This document shows, in pieces, positions 54,404-62,806 of a stretch of DNA of 64,000 bases. The stretch covers positions 102-64,101 of the forward strand of contig JBAZQN010000010.1 of the NCBI GenBank assembly GCA_041645165.1, in the 5' to 3' direction. Both the position numbers and the translations under genes were made by a program. Each line of letters begins with the position of its first letter. The first letter of the stretch is position 1. The notes under the pieces were generated by a model that was not told the origin of the DNA, made no database searches, and worked only from the letters and a program-made list of their open reading frames with translations. The DNA comes from Patescibacteria group bacterium (GTDB lineage Bacteria > Patescibacteriota > Patescibacteriia > 2-02-FULL-49-11).

Positions 54404-54943
54404 TTATTCCTCTGTCCGTAGGACTATATGTCGCCTCACATACTCATTTTTGATAAATTTTGATGAGTATGGCAGATATTTTTTCTGCAGACTTTCGCTT
54501 AAGGTAAAAAAGTCACTTGTTACCTTTCCTGAACAGTTTTTGTTTCCGCAATTGCATTTCCAAGTATTGCCAGTATGAGCATTGATTCGGTAGTCAACGG
54601 TTATTTCTTCTCCTTTCTTGATTGATTTCAATGCAAAGTATGGTACCTTCTTTTTTGAAGACTCTTTCGGGATTGCATTTGGATTACAGGAATGATTCAC
54701 GAAGCGTCCTGGCGGATTCATAATTTCCCACGTTTCTCTATCTATTTCATTCAGATGATCTCCTTCGCTTTTTAGAATTTTTTCTAAATCTCTTTCTTTC
54801 ACCGACCGTCCGCGATAATTAACAAAAACTACTTCACCTTTACGAAAATTCCTAAGAGCGAATACTCCTTTCCCTTTCTTCTCGGCTTCTTTTATTTCTA
54901 CACCTTTTCTCATAATTTTCCTTTTCCTTACGCCCAATAACAC
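54404..54943 (-). CDS. SET-domain protein (putative protein-lysine methyltransferase)
   Basis: GKGVFA. FVNHSCNPN. GEEITVDY. Post-SET CNCGNKNCSG. Confidence 0.6.
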   Translation of the reverse strand: MLLGVRKRKIMRKGVEIKEAEKKGKGVFALRNFRKGEVVFVNYRGRSVKERDLEKILKSEGDHLNEIDRETWEIMNPPGRFVNHSCNPNAIPKESSKKKVPYFALKSIKKGEEITVDYRINAHTGNTWKCNCGNKNCSGKVTSDFFTLSESLQKKYLPYSSKFIKNEYVRRHIVLRTEE

Positions 54944-54952
54944 CTTTCGAAA

Positions 54953-55579
54953 TTACTTCAATGTCCACAGATAAAACCTGAATTTCTTTTCACTTCCTTT
55001 GATATTTGCACGAATGCCGACTCTTCGAGCGGTTAAAATGTCTTCTTTATGCACTACCACATCTCGGTCTTCCAACCAAAGTATATTGTCAGTAAGGTCA
55101 GCGCCATAAAGATGAGTAGTGATCCCAAAAGACTTGCATAAATTGCCGGGAGATTTTGTGAGCCCTTCTTCCGCAACATCTTTGCCGAAATTCTTTTTCA
55201 TCAGATTAATGCCCTCTTCAGGAATGAGTGCTCTTATAAAAACGACCTCGGGTATATCCTTTTTATTCACCACCACCGCACACTGGTAATGCATCCCATA
55301 AATCTTATATACGTACGCATAGCCGCCATCGCGATACATCACCTCGGTTCTCTTCGTCCTTTTATTCCCGTGCGACACATGATCTACAAACGCGGGATAA
55401 GCCTCAACATCCGTAATCATTCCCGAAATGATTCCTTGCTCCGTTTTATGCACCAAATACTTGCCAAGGAACTTCGGCGCTAAGGCTACTGCACCCTCTT
55501 GATAGAATAATTTTGGCAGTTTCTTATTCATGGTTTCATCTTTTGTTCCGTTATGCTTTCTCAATTTTATCCTACTCAC
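54953..55579 (-). CDS. mpg: DNA-3-methyladenine glycosylase (Mpg/AAG family)
   Basis: ALAPKFLGKYLV. ITDVEAY. SPGNLCKSFGIT. Confidence 0.7.
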   Translation of the reverse strand: MSRIKLRKHNGTKDETMNKKLPKLFYQEGAVALAPKFLGKYLVHKTEQGIISGMITDVEAYPAFVDHVSHGNKRTKRTEVMYRDGGYAYVYKIYGMHYQCAVVVNKKDIPEVVFIRALIPEEGINLMKKNFGKDVAEEGLTKSPGNLCKSFGITTHLYGADLTDNILWLEDRDVVVHKEDILTARRVGIRANIKGSEKKFRFYLWTLK

Positions 55580-56298
55580 GTAGAAATCCTCCTTAGGAGC
55601 GCTGTCCCATCACGATAATGTTCGGCCTTAAGAATAAAAGAGAAACGATCTAAATCCAAACAGAGATCAAAGTCTCTTTCCGGCTTCCATGTCTTCTGCG
55701 GATCAAAGAAGGATTGGCTTGCTTCGCTATATCTCAGACGGTTAATGAGAGGAGCAAATTCTTGTGCTACACCTTCCAACGCATTCCGCACATAACCTGC
55801 ACATTCCGTATCTTCATCAGACAACTGAACGCCGCCTCTCCCCATGCATACCAACGACACCTTACGAGGTGCCATACGGTTCACATACTTCACCACTGCT
55901 CCTGCGTTGATAAAACTTCCAGTGATGACTTCATCTGCATTAGTCGCGTTCACAATACCCTGCGTACCGGAGGAGGTTGTAAGAATAAGCGTTTTTCCAC
56001 TAAAGTCAACATGCTCAATTTCAGTGGGGGAGTTCCCATAGTCGAATCCCGCTACTTTCTTCCCGTCCCTTTCTCCGATAAGGATACTCTCTGGTATCTT
56101 ACTTTTAAGTTGTAATGCCTGAGTGACGCCACCAACGCATATCATACGCGCCGCACCATTACCAAACGCGTAACAGGCGGTAGAAAAAGCGCGAAACACA
56201 TCGATAATCACCGTAAGGCCTTCTGCCTTCTTAGCTCCCTCGATCAATTGAAGAATACTAATTTCCATACATTGCCTACAAATATACTGAATGAGCAA
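55576..56298 (-). CDS. comB: 2-phosphosulfolactate phosphatase family protein (ComB-like)
   Basis: VIIDVFRAFSTA. LTTSSGTQG. Confidence 0.55.
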   Translation of the reverse strand: MLIQYICRQCMEISILQLIEGAKKAEGLTVIIDVFRAFSTACYAFGNGAARMICVGGVTQALQLKSKIPESILIGERDGKKVAGFDYGNSPTEIEHVDFSGKTLILTTSSGTQGIVNATNADEVITGSFINAGAVVKYVNRMAPRKVSLVCMGRGGVQLSDEDTECAGYVRNALEGVAQEFAPLINRLRYSEASQSFFDPQKTWKPERDFDLCLDLDRFSFILKAEHYRDGTALLRRIST

Positions 56299-56357
56299 CC
56301 TAATCCCGAATTTGTCATTCCTGATTTAATTTCGATGTTATACACCTTAAAAAATTT

Positions 56358-56855
56358 CTATTTTTTCAATAAAAATTGCTTTAATTTTAATGTCGCCTCA
56401 TCAACCTTGGTCAAGTTACTTTTGGTTTTAAAAGTTTTCTTAGCGAACTCCATAATTGGACGCACAGATTCTATTTTTCTGCCAAATTTTCTTTTCATCC
56501 AATCAAAACGTGGAAATACCCAAACGTGGAAATGATGCAACGTGTCTTCTTCCTGGATAAGGTAAACAACCTTAACGCCAAGAACCTGCCTTAAGGCTGA
56601 ACGTAAGCGATATAATAATTTTATGAAATCCCGTTGTTCTTTGTCAGTAAATTCATCAACACTTTGAATATGCCTTCTGGATGAAATAATCACAAAACCC
56701 GGAATAGGAATTTCATAGTCTTGGTGGGCATCAAAATATTTTGACTTTACAATATCGCCTAGGCTTATTTCACCTTTTTCACGGGTACACCCAAGGCAAG
56801 TTATTTTTTTCACTTGGCCTGTATAATTGATTATTTTATTAATTGACCTTGACAT
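56358..56855 (-). CDS. HIT-like protein (degenerate histidine triad)
   Basis: LHHFHVWVFPR. The canonical HxHxH is incomplete. Confidence 0.4.
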   Translation of the reverse strand: MSRSINKIINYTGQVKKITCLGCTREKGEISLGDIVKSKYFDAHQDYEIPIPGFVIISSRRHIQSVDEFTDKEQRDFIKLLYRLRSALRQVLGVKVVYLIQEEDTLHHFHVWVFPRFDWMKRKFGRKIESVRPIMEFAKKTFKTKSNLTKVDEATLKLKQFLLKK

Positions 56856-56904
56856 ACCATGAAATTAAATTTTTCAATAATGAAGAGAATACGAATTATA
56901 TTTA

Positions 56905-57468
56905 TCACGAAAAAGTGCTCATTTCAGTGAGATATTTTTTTGCTTCCTCATACCACGGCTGGGCAATCTGTTTGGCGAAAGGAGACGATATCCTGTGAAA
57001 CACCATACGTATTCTCCTCCCCGCCTCGCTGGTACTGCCATCACGCATAGATTTCTTGGCAAGGCTTACGGCCTTTTCTTCCAAAAATGCCAAACAATCG
57101 GCATCGCACAATACATTTTGATCTTCATCGCCCCCTGTCTCATGATTCGCCACAAAGTGCTTGACTCGCGCGATGAGTTCTTCTTCCGCACCTTCGTGCC
57201 GCAGGAATTTTTCAATATCAACCGCGCTTAAGTCCTGATGTTTGCGCAATAGTGCGGGATCATCAGACCCCTTTTTCCAGTCTCCATAAAACGCCCTTTC
57301 AATATCATGCGCTATCCCGGCAATGAGCAATGCCTCATCCGCGTCAGGTTTAAGCTTCTTAATCCAGTATACGGTGCGCTGGTGATGCGAGATATTGCTC
57401 AAGGCTCCCGCCTCCGTGAAAGCATCTATAACAAACCGTTCCACCTTATCAAACATAATGTGATCCAT
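56905..57468 (-). CDS. HD-domain phosphohydrolase
   Basis: LIAGIAHDIER HD motif. Confidence 0.55.
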   Translation of the reverse strand: MDHIMFDKVERFVIDAFTEAGALSNISHHQRTVYWIKKLKPDADEALLIAGIAHDIERAFYGDWKKGSDDPALLRKHQDLSAVDIEKFLRHEGAEEELIARVKHFVANHETGGDEDQNVLCDADCLAFLEEKAVSLAKKSMRDGSTSEAGRRIRMVFHRISSPFAKQIAQPWYEEAKKYLTEMSTFS

Positions 57469-57501
57469 TTAACTTTTGCTTATATGTTCCCTAGAGACTG
57501 A

Positions 57502-58410
57502 CTAATCAAACACGACGGTAGTCATCATTAAATCAAAAACACTGTTCACTGGCCCCAGCGTTGTCTCAAAAATGTAATTGATCCCGTTATGCTTAATCAT
57601 GTAACCGTACCCTGAACCCATGCCCACATATTTAAACTTTCTAAATTCTTGGTTATTGATGGTTTCGTTGAAAGTGAAATAAGCCCCTTCCACGCTGTCG
57701 CTCCCCGTCGTCCTGACGTGAAACCTGTTCCCGGGATGGTTTTGCGTTATGATGAAATAATTATTTTCCGGCGTCTCCACGGTATATGACCCGTCGTTTG
57801 GATATTTTATGCTCACGCCCAAGTTTCGATAACTCTTCCACGCCGAGGTGGTATCAGCTATCTTAAAAGTTTTCACGATATCTTCGATTTCCCGCATTCT
57901 CGCAACCATCGTTTCATTGATAGCGCCTTGCGAGGATGAATATCCAAAGACATATTCACCACTTTCACCCAGATAGGTCGGTGCAGGATCCTCTTCTGAT
58001 TTTATTTGCTGCCACTGGCTCTTTGTGTGCATACTGATGTTAAATAATGAATCCTGGGTAGGAAATCCAAAATCAATGGAATCACTGATGCCAAACGAAC
58101 CCCAATCAAGTGTTCGATTTTTTGTGGCATAACCGCTCCATGTGTTCGACAGGGTTAACGTGAATCCGTATTGCGCATTATCGTAGACAATTATTCCAGC
58201 ATCGTCGGCTCCTTGATTAATATTCTGAGATTCGTCTGCAATGGGCTGTCCGCCATTATTTTCACCTGCTGCGGAAGGCGCACTGTTTTGAGCGGTTGGG
58301 GTAGAGCTGATCGGCTTATTTTGATCCGCCTGCCGCTGACTGCAGCCGGTAAACAGAATGATGCCCAATGTGAGTATGCTTAAAAATATATATTTCCTCA
58401 TATTTTTCAT
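57502..58410 (-). CDS. Putative lipoprotein
   Basis: Signal peptide with lipobox-like FTGC. Ser/Gly/Asn-rich linker. Confidence 0.45.
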   Translation of the reverse strand: MKNMRKYIFLSILTLGIILFTGCSQRQADQNKPISSTPTAQNSAPSAAGENNGGQPIADESQNINQGADDAGIIVYDNAQYGFTLTLSNTWSGYATKNRTLDWGSFGISDSIDFGFPTQDSLFNISMHTKSQWQQIKSEEDPAPTYLGESGEYVFGYSSSQGAINETMVARMREIEDIVKTFKIADTTSAWKSYRNLGVSIKYPNDGSYTVETPENNYFIITQNHPGNRFHVRTTGSDSVEGAYFTFNETINNQEFRKFKYVGMGSGYGYMIKHNGINYIFETTLGPVNSVFDLMMTTVVFD

Positions 58411-59984
58411 TAATTTGATAATATAACGAGATAATGCTTCGCTTCTTCTTGAGTGGTGATTTTTCCTTCCAGCTGCGCTTCGCGGATGCGCGTTAATATT
58501 TTCCCCACTTCCGGCCCCTCGCCTATGCCAAGCATGGTCATGATGTCGTGACCGGAGAGAAGCGGTTTTGGCAGGGTATGCTTGCCTTTTTCCTTGAGCG
58601 CCTCAATGCGAACGCGCATACGTTTATAGTCGGCAATCGTCCCCTTGCCATCCTTGGCAATCGTAGCCGCTCCATCCGCATAAGAGAGCTTGAGAAGTTC
58701 TTCGCCTAATAAGGGATCGCGGAAGAAATATTTCTCAATGGTACTGGGGCGCAATTCGTCCACATCGCCGTGGACAAAAAGAAGGTGATGGCGGATGAGC
58801 GCACATACGCGATTCGCATCAACTCCGATGCCGGTGGGGCTGGTGAGTTTGAGCCGCTCAATAAGAGAAGCTACCATTTCCGCGCCCACCCTGTCGTGGT
58901 CGTTAAACCGTATCCGATCGGCGCCATGCGCTTCAGGGGTGGTGAGCGTGGGGGGTTTCCCTATGTCATGCAAAAGCGCCGCAAGCGCCAACTCCGCATT
59001 CCAAAGCGGCTGCGGAGCAGGAAGCAAAACAGGATTGCCGAATTCTTGGGCAAAAGCAGGAGACTCAATCACCGCGAGCGCAAGCCGCGTGTGAGTCCAC
59101 ACGTCTCCCTCCGTATGGAATTCTTGCGGTTGCGGGCACCCTTTCATCGCCAGAAGCTCCGGCATCAAAATGGAAAATGTACCGCTCGACTCAAAAAGGT
59201 CAAACGCCGCCAAGGGATGTACATCAAGCGCTTTCAAGAATTCTTGCGCTATTACTTCCGCAGGAATAATCCTTGCGCCTTGGCTATCAAGGTCAAGTAA
59301 ATGTGTGATACTGCGCGCGATCGCATCCCAGGTAGAGGCCTCAATTGTAAACCCAAGAGATACGGCAAACCGCAAGCCGCGCAATGCGCGGGAGTAATCT
59401 TCTCTCATGCGCTCATCAGGGTTCCCCACCGTCCTTAATTTTTTATCCGTGAGATCCTCTAAACCGTTAAACTCATCAACAAGGATACCTCCCTTTTGTC
59501 CCCCCCTTAATAAGGGGGGGATGGGGGGGTCGGTCACCCGCATGGCCATCGCATTGATGGTAAAATCCCGCCGCCCTAAATCCTCCTTCAAGGGAAGCGC
59601 TGGGTCGGATTGCGTATCCACATCGCGGTATTTCCCCGTGCCCCACGCGTGTTCGGTGCGCGGGAGTGCAATATCAAGGGCTTCCACAGAGGAAGGTTCT
59701 GTCAGTTTCAATTTATATACCCCAAATGTCTTGCCGACATAATTCACCGCGCCGAAACGCGACAACTGGGCTTCAAGTTCCGGCGTTTCGACATTGCGCA
59801 CCACAAAATCATAGTCCTTCGTATCAGCGCGCTCCAATAGGCAATCCCGCACTGCCCCTCCCACTAAATACACCTCTGTCTGCGGCAGCGATGCACAGAG
59901 CGCGTCAGCCCAACCCAAAATACCGCTTTTGCGCAGTTCGTCCCTATAGGCTTTGAGAACACTATTGGCTTTTTGCGAATCCAT
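58410..59984 (-). CDS. cca: CCA-adding tRNA nucleotidyltransferase with HD domain; carries an in-frame G/C-tract insert
   Basis: YLVGGAVRDCLL. DYDFVV. HD motif LHDIGK. Insert PPIPPLLRGGQKGG is encoded at 59489-59531. Confidence 0.8.
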   Translation of the reverse strand: MDSQKANSVLKAYRDELRKSGILGWADALCASLPQTEVYLVGGAVRDCLLERADTKDYDFVVRNVETPELEAQLSRFGAVNYVGKTFGVYKLKLTEPSSVEALDIALPRTEHAWGTGKYRDVDTQSDPALPLKEDLGRRDFTINAMAMRVTDPPIPPLLRGGQKGGILVDEFNGLEDLTDKKLRTVGNPDERMREDYSRALRGLRFAVSLGFTIEASTWDAIARSITHLLDLDSQGARIIPAEVIAQEFLKALDVHPLAAFDLFESSGTFSILMPELLAMKGCPQPQEFHTEGDVWTHTRLALAVIESPAFAQEFGNPVLLPAPQPLWNAELALAALLHDIGKPPTLTTPEAHGADRIRFNDHDRVGAEMVASLIERLKLTSPTGIGVDANRVCALIRHHLLFVHGDVDELRPSTIEKYFFRDPLLGEELLKLSYADGAATIAKDGKGTIADYKRMRVRIEALKEKGKHTLPKPLLSGHDIMTMLGIGEGPEVGKILTRIREAQLEGKITTQEEAKHYLVILSN

Positions 59985-60358
59985 ACGGTACGATTATTCC
60001 AGTTAGGCCTCTTTACAGTCGGCGCTAACCGCAGACCCGCCTGCCTACGCCAGTTGCGGGGAACGGTAGTATGCTTAATGTTAAAATCTTCCCTGACGTA
60101 CGGAGCGTTCCCGAGGAAAGGCAATGGCGGGCAGGTAAACGCAGATCGTCACGCCCGCCTGCCATAAACCTGTCCACGAGATGAGTGATATCTGAAAAGG
60201 TCGGTACCAACAACGTTATTCTGTTGAACCTTCAAGGAAGGCACTGGCGGGCAGGCTTGACCTTATCGCAGATAAACGCAGATATTCTTCTTACTCATTG
60301 TACGATATTCTCTTATGAGATAATAGAGTATAGAGTGATTGTTTATTGTTCTTAACCA

Positions 60359-60467
60359 AGAAGCGAGGGAATACCAATTTTTCGAGGACTTATGCCTGTA
60401 GTCAGGCAGGCATAAGCGCGAGGCAGCTTAGGTCGCGTCCGCAGAAAAATTGTGTATTCCTGAGCGC
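60359..60467 (+). ncRNA. Conserved ~108-nt structured element (copy 2) ending 6 nt before the methyltransferase start codon
   Basis: See 165-272. Same orientation relative to the downstream gene. Confidence 0.4.
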
Positions 60468-60472
60468 GGAAT

Positions 60473-61054
60473 ATGGCCGACGATATATCACAATTAAAAC
60501 AAGATATCATATTCACTGCCAACCTGCGAGGGCATGAGTTCACTTTCCATAGCGCGTACGGCCTGTTCAGCCCCAAAGAGATCGACCGCGGGTCTCTTTT
60601 GCTGATTGAAACCGTTGCCGTAAATCCTCACGACACCATCCTCGATGTCGGCTGCGGCTATGGCGCCATTGGGCTCACCCTGGCAATGCTCGCGCCTCAA
60701 GGCAGGGTCCACATGGTTGATAAAGATTTTGTCGCGGTTGAATACGCGAAGCAAAATGCCGCCCTCAATGGCATCGCCAACTGCGAAATTTATTTAAGCA
60801 ACGCGTTCAGCGCAGTGCCTGATATCAAATTCGACACCATCGTTTCTAACCTTCCCGCAAAAGCAGGCAATGAATTTTTTACTATCCTTTTCCATGACGC
60901 CAAAGCGCATCTGAAACCGGGAGGCAAGCTCTATGTCGTGACGCTCGCGGGAATGAAGAAATATATCAAAAGAAATTTCCAGGAACTATTCGGCAATTAC
61001 AAAAAACTACGCCAAGGCAAAACTCACGCCGTGTCGCTGGCAATACGTGAATAA
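60473..61054 (+). CDS. Class I SAM-dependent methyltransferase (small-domain, RsmC/RlmG-like)
   Basis: LDVGCGYGAIGLTLA. IVSNLPAKAG. Confidence 0.6.
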   Translation: MADDISQLKQDIIFTANLRGHEFTFHSAYGLFSPKEIDRGSLLLIETVAVNPHDTILDVGCGYGAIGLTLAMLAPQGRVHMVDKDFVAVEYAKQNAALNGIANCEIYLSNAFSAVPDIKFDTIVSNLPAKAGNEFFTILFHDAKAHLKPGGKLYVVTLAGMKKYIKRNFQELFGNYKKLRQGKTHAVSLAIRE

Positions 61055-61213
61055 GGACGGCTCGTCTGTAGATAAAGATACAAATTTTTATGATTGATAC
61101 CGCCAGAATAACATCAATGCCACCTAATGCCACAAGAAGCACGCTTTTAAATACAAAAAGGTCTATAGCATGTTAATGCGAGAAACCTCCGCATGGTGCG
61201 AAGGTAATAACAT

Positions 61214-61304
61214 GGTGGTCTATTCTTAAAGTAGTTCGGACGCATTTCGCCGCCTGCGGCGGCGAGAAAATCCCCCCGCAAAATTCCGAACCGAAATCCT
61301 GAAC
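61214..61304. repeat. Left 91-bp imperfect inverted repeat; outer 38 bp identical to the partner
   Basis: GGTGGTCTATTCTTAAAGTAGTTCGGACGCATTTCGCC...AAATTCCGAACCGAAATCCTGAAC. Reverse complement of 62575-62666. Confidence 0.7.
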
Positions 61305-61342
61305 TTTGACAATTTCAAGTTTTTCTTTGGCGGCAAATTCTT

Positions 61343-62425
61343 TTACCGCGTTAGGAAACTCCACCAAGGCTTCTTTACTGAAATGACATTTCCGGATTCA
61401 GCACTTACTTTGGTTTCGATCTGCATTGAAACAGGAATTACGAAAAGAAGTTTGGCTTGTTTTGTTCCCTTAACAGAATATATTGGTTGTTGAGATTCTT
61501 CTTTAAGTTCAATTGTGCTAACTTCGGTTCCCGCCGCCACTTTAGATGAGGCTTCTTCTGGCAAAATTTTGATTTCCTTATTTCCAGTTGATGTTTTAAG
61601 GGATAATTTATTCCCTTCAATAACAAGTTTTTCTGTTGTAACTGCAGTTGCTTTTTCAGATTGGAGAGATAGACCATTCGGGACTTTTTCTATGGAGACT
61701 GATTTTACGCCCGATTCTGAAGAAGAAATTTTTGCCTCAATGGGTTTTATTCCCTCTACTGGACAAGTTGTGGTATCTCCGGAACAAGTGCAGCCCACCG
61801 GACATTGTTTTCCCGGACAAGAATAAATTGGACAGCCGTTAGAATCTTTTTGAGCAGTAGGAATTCCACCAACGCAAGCGGTACAGGCGATGGGCGGTTC
61901 TACTGGACAAGTGCAAGTATCTCCGCTTTTCACGCAAGGAGCTTTACAAGATGGCACTGGACAAGTTGTGGTATCTCCGGAACAAGTGCAGCCCACCGGA
62001 CATTGTTTTCCCGGACAAGAATAAATTGGACAGCCGTTAGAATCTTTTTGAGCAGTAGGAATTCCACCAACGCAAGCGGTACAGGCGATGGGCGGTTCTA
62101 CTGGACAAGTGCAAGTATCTCCGCTTTTCACGCAAGGAGCTTTACAAGATGGCACTGGACAAGTTGTGGTATCTCCGGAACAAGTGCAGCCCACCGGACA
62201 TTGTTTTCCCGGACAAGAATAAATTGGACAGCCGTTAGAATCTTTTTGACCAGTAGGAATTCCACCAACGCAAGCGGTACAGGTAACTGAAGTTGTAATT
62301 TGCGTTGGATTTATTTCGATTGATTTAACAGAAGAAACGGTTGATTGAGCGTTTGCTGTTAGAACCAAAAACAAACCGCCTGACAATATCAGAGTTAGTA
62401 ATAAAATGTTTCGTTTCGCATTCAT
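61343..62425 (-). CDS. Secreted Cys-rich protein with three tandem 59-aa repeats
   Basis: Signal peptide. DNA tandem repeats of 177 bp across about 61790-62290. CxxC- and CP-rich units. Confidence 0.5.
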   Translation of the reverse strand: MNAKRNILLLTLILSGGLFLVLTANAQSTVSSVKSIEINPTQITTSVTCTACVGGIPTGQKDSNGCPIYSCPGKQCPVGCTCSGDTTTCPVPSCKAPCVKSGDTCTCPVEPPIACTACVGGIPTAQKDSNGCPIYSCPGKQCPVGCTCSGDTTTCPVPSCKAPCVKSGDTCTCPVEPPIACTACVGGIPTAQKDSNGCPIYSCPGKQCPVGCTCSGDTTTCPVEGIKPIEAKISSSESGVKSVSIEKVPNGLSLQSEKATAVTTEKLVIEGNKLSLKTSTGNKEIKILPEEASSKVAAGTEVSTIELKEESQQPIYSVKGTKQAKLLFVIPVSMQIETKVSAESGNVISVKKPWWSFLTR

Positions 62426-62574
62426 AGTTTTTGAAATTAAATGTTAATAATTTTTAGAAAAGTCGACTAACTTTTCTACTTATTTCTAATTAAAATAATA
62501 TGAAAAATTTTCTTTTCCCAAAATTAAAATACAGTTCGAGCCGATATTTTTATCAGGTTTTTTGGCAGTTTTTA

Positions 62575-62666
62575 AGTTCAGAATTTCGGTTCGGAATTTT
62601 TGGCCAGACCCTCGCCCCGCCCTGGCGGGGCGAAATGCGTCCGAACTACTTTAAGAATAGACCACC
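62575..62666. repeat. Right 91-bp inverted repeat
   Basis: Reverse complement of 61214-61304, with perfect 38-bp and 23-bp terminal blocks and a divergent centre. Confidence 0.7.
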
Positions 62667-62806
62667 AGACAGGAAATTGCAAGCAAGAGGCAGTCGCCTC
62701 CCCCGCATCAAGTGCGGGGTCGGCGACCAAATCATAAGGTTTTCTGGGCGAAAAAATCAGTTGGCGATTCTGCATTTTGGGAAAAGAAATTTTTAATCAA
62801 AACCAT

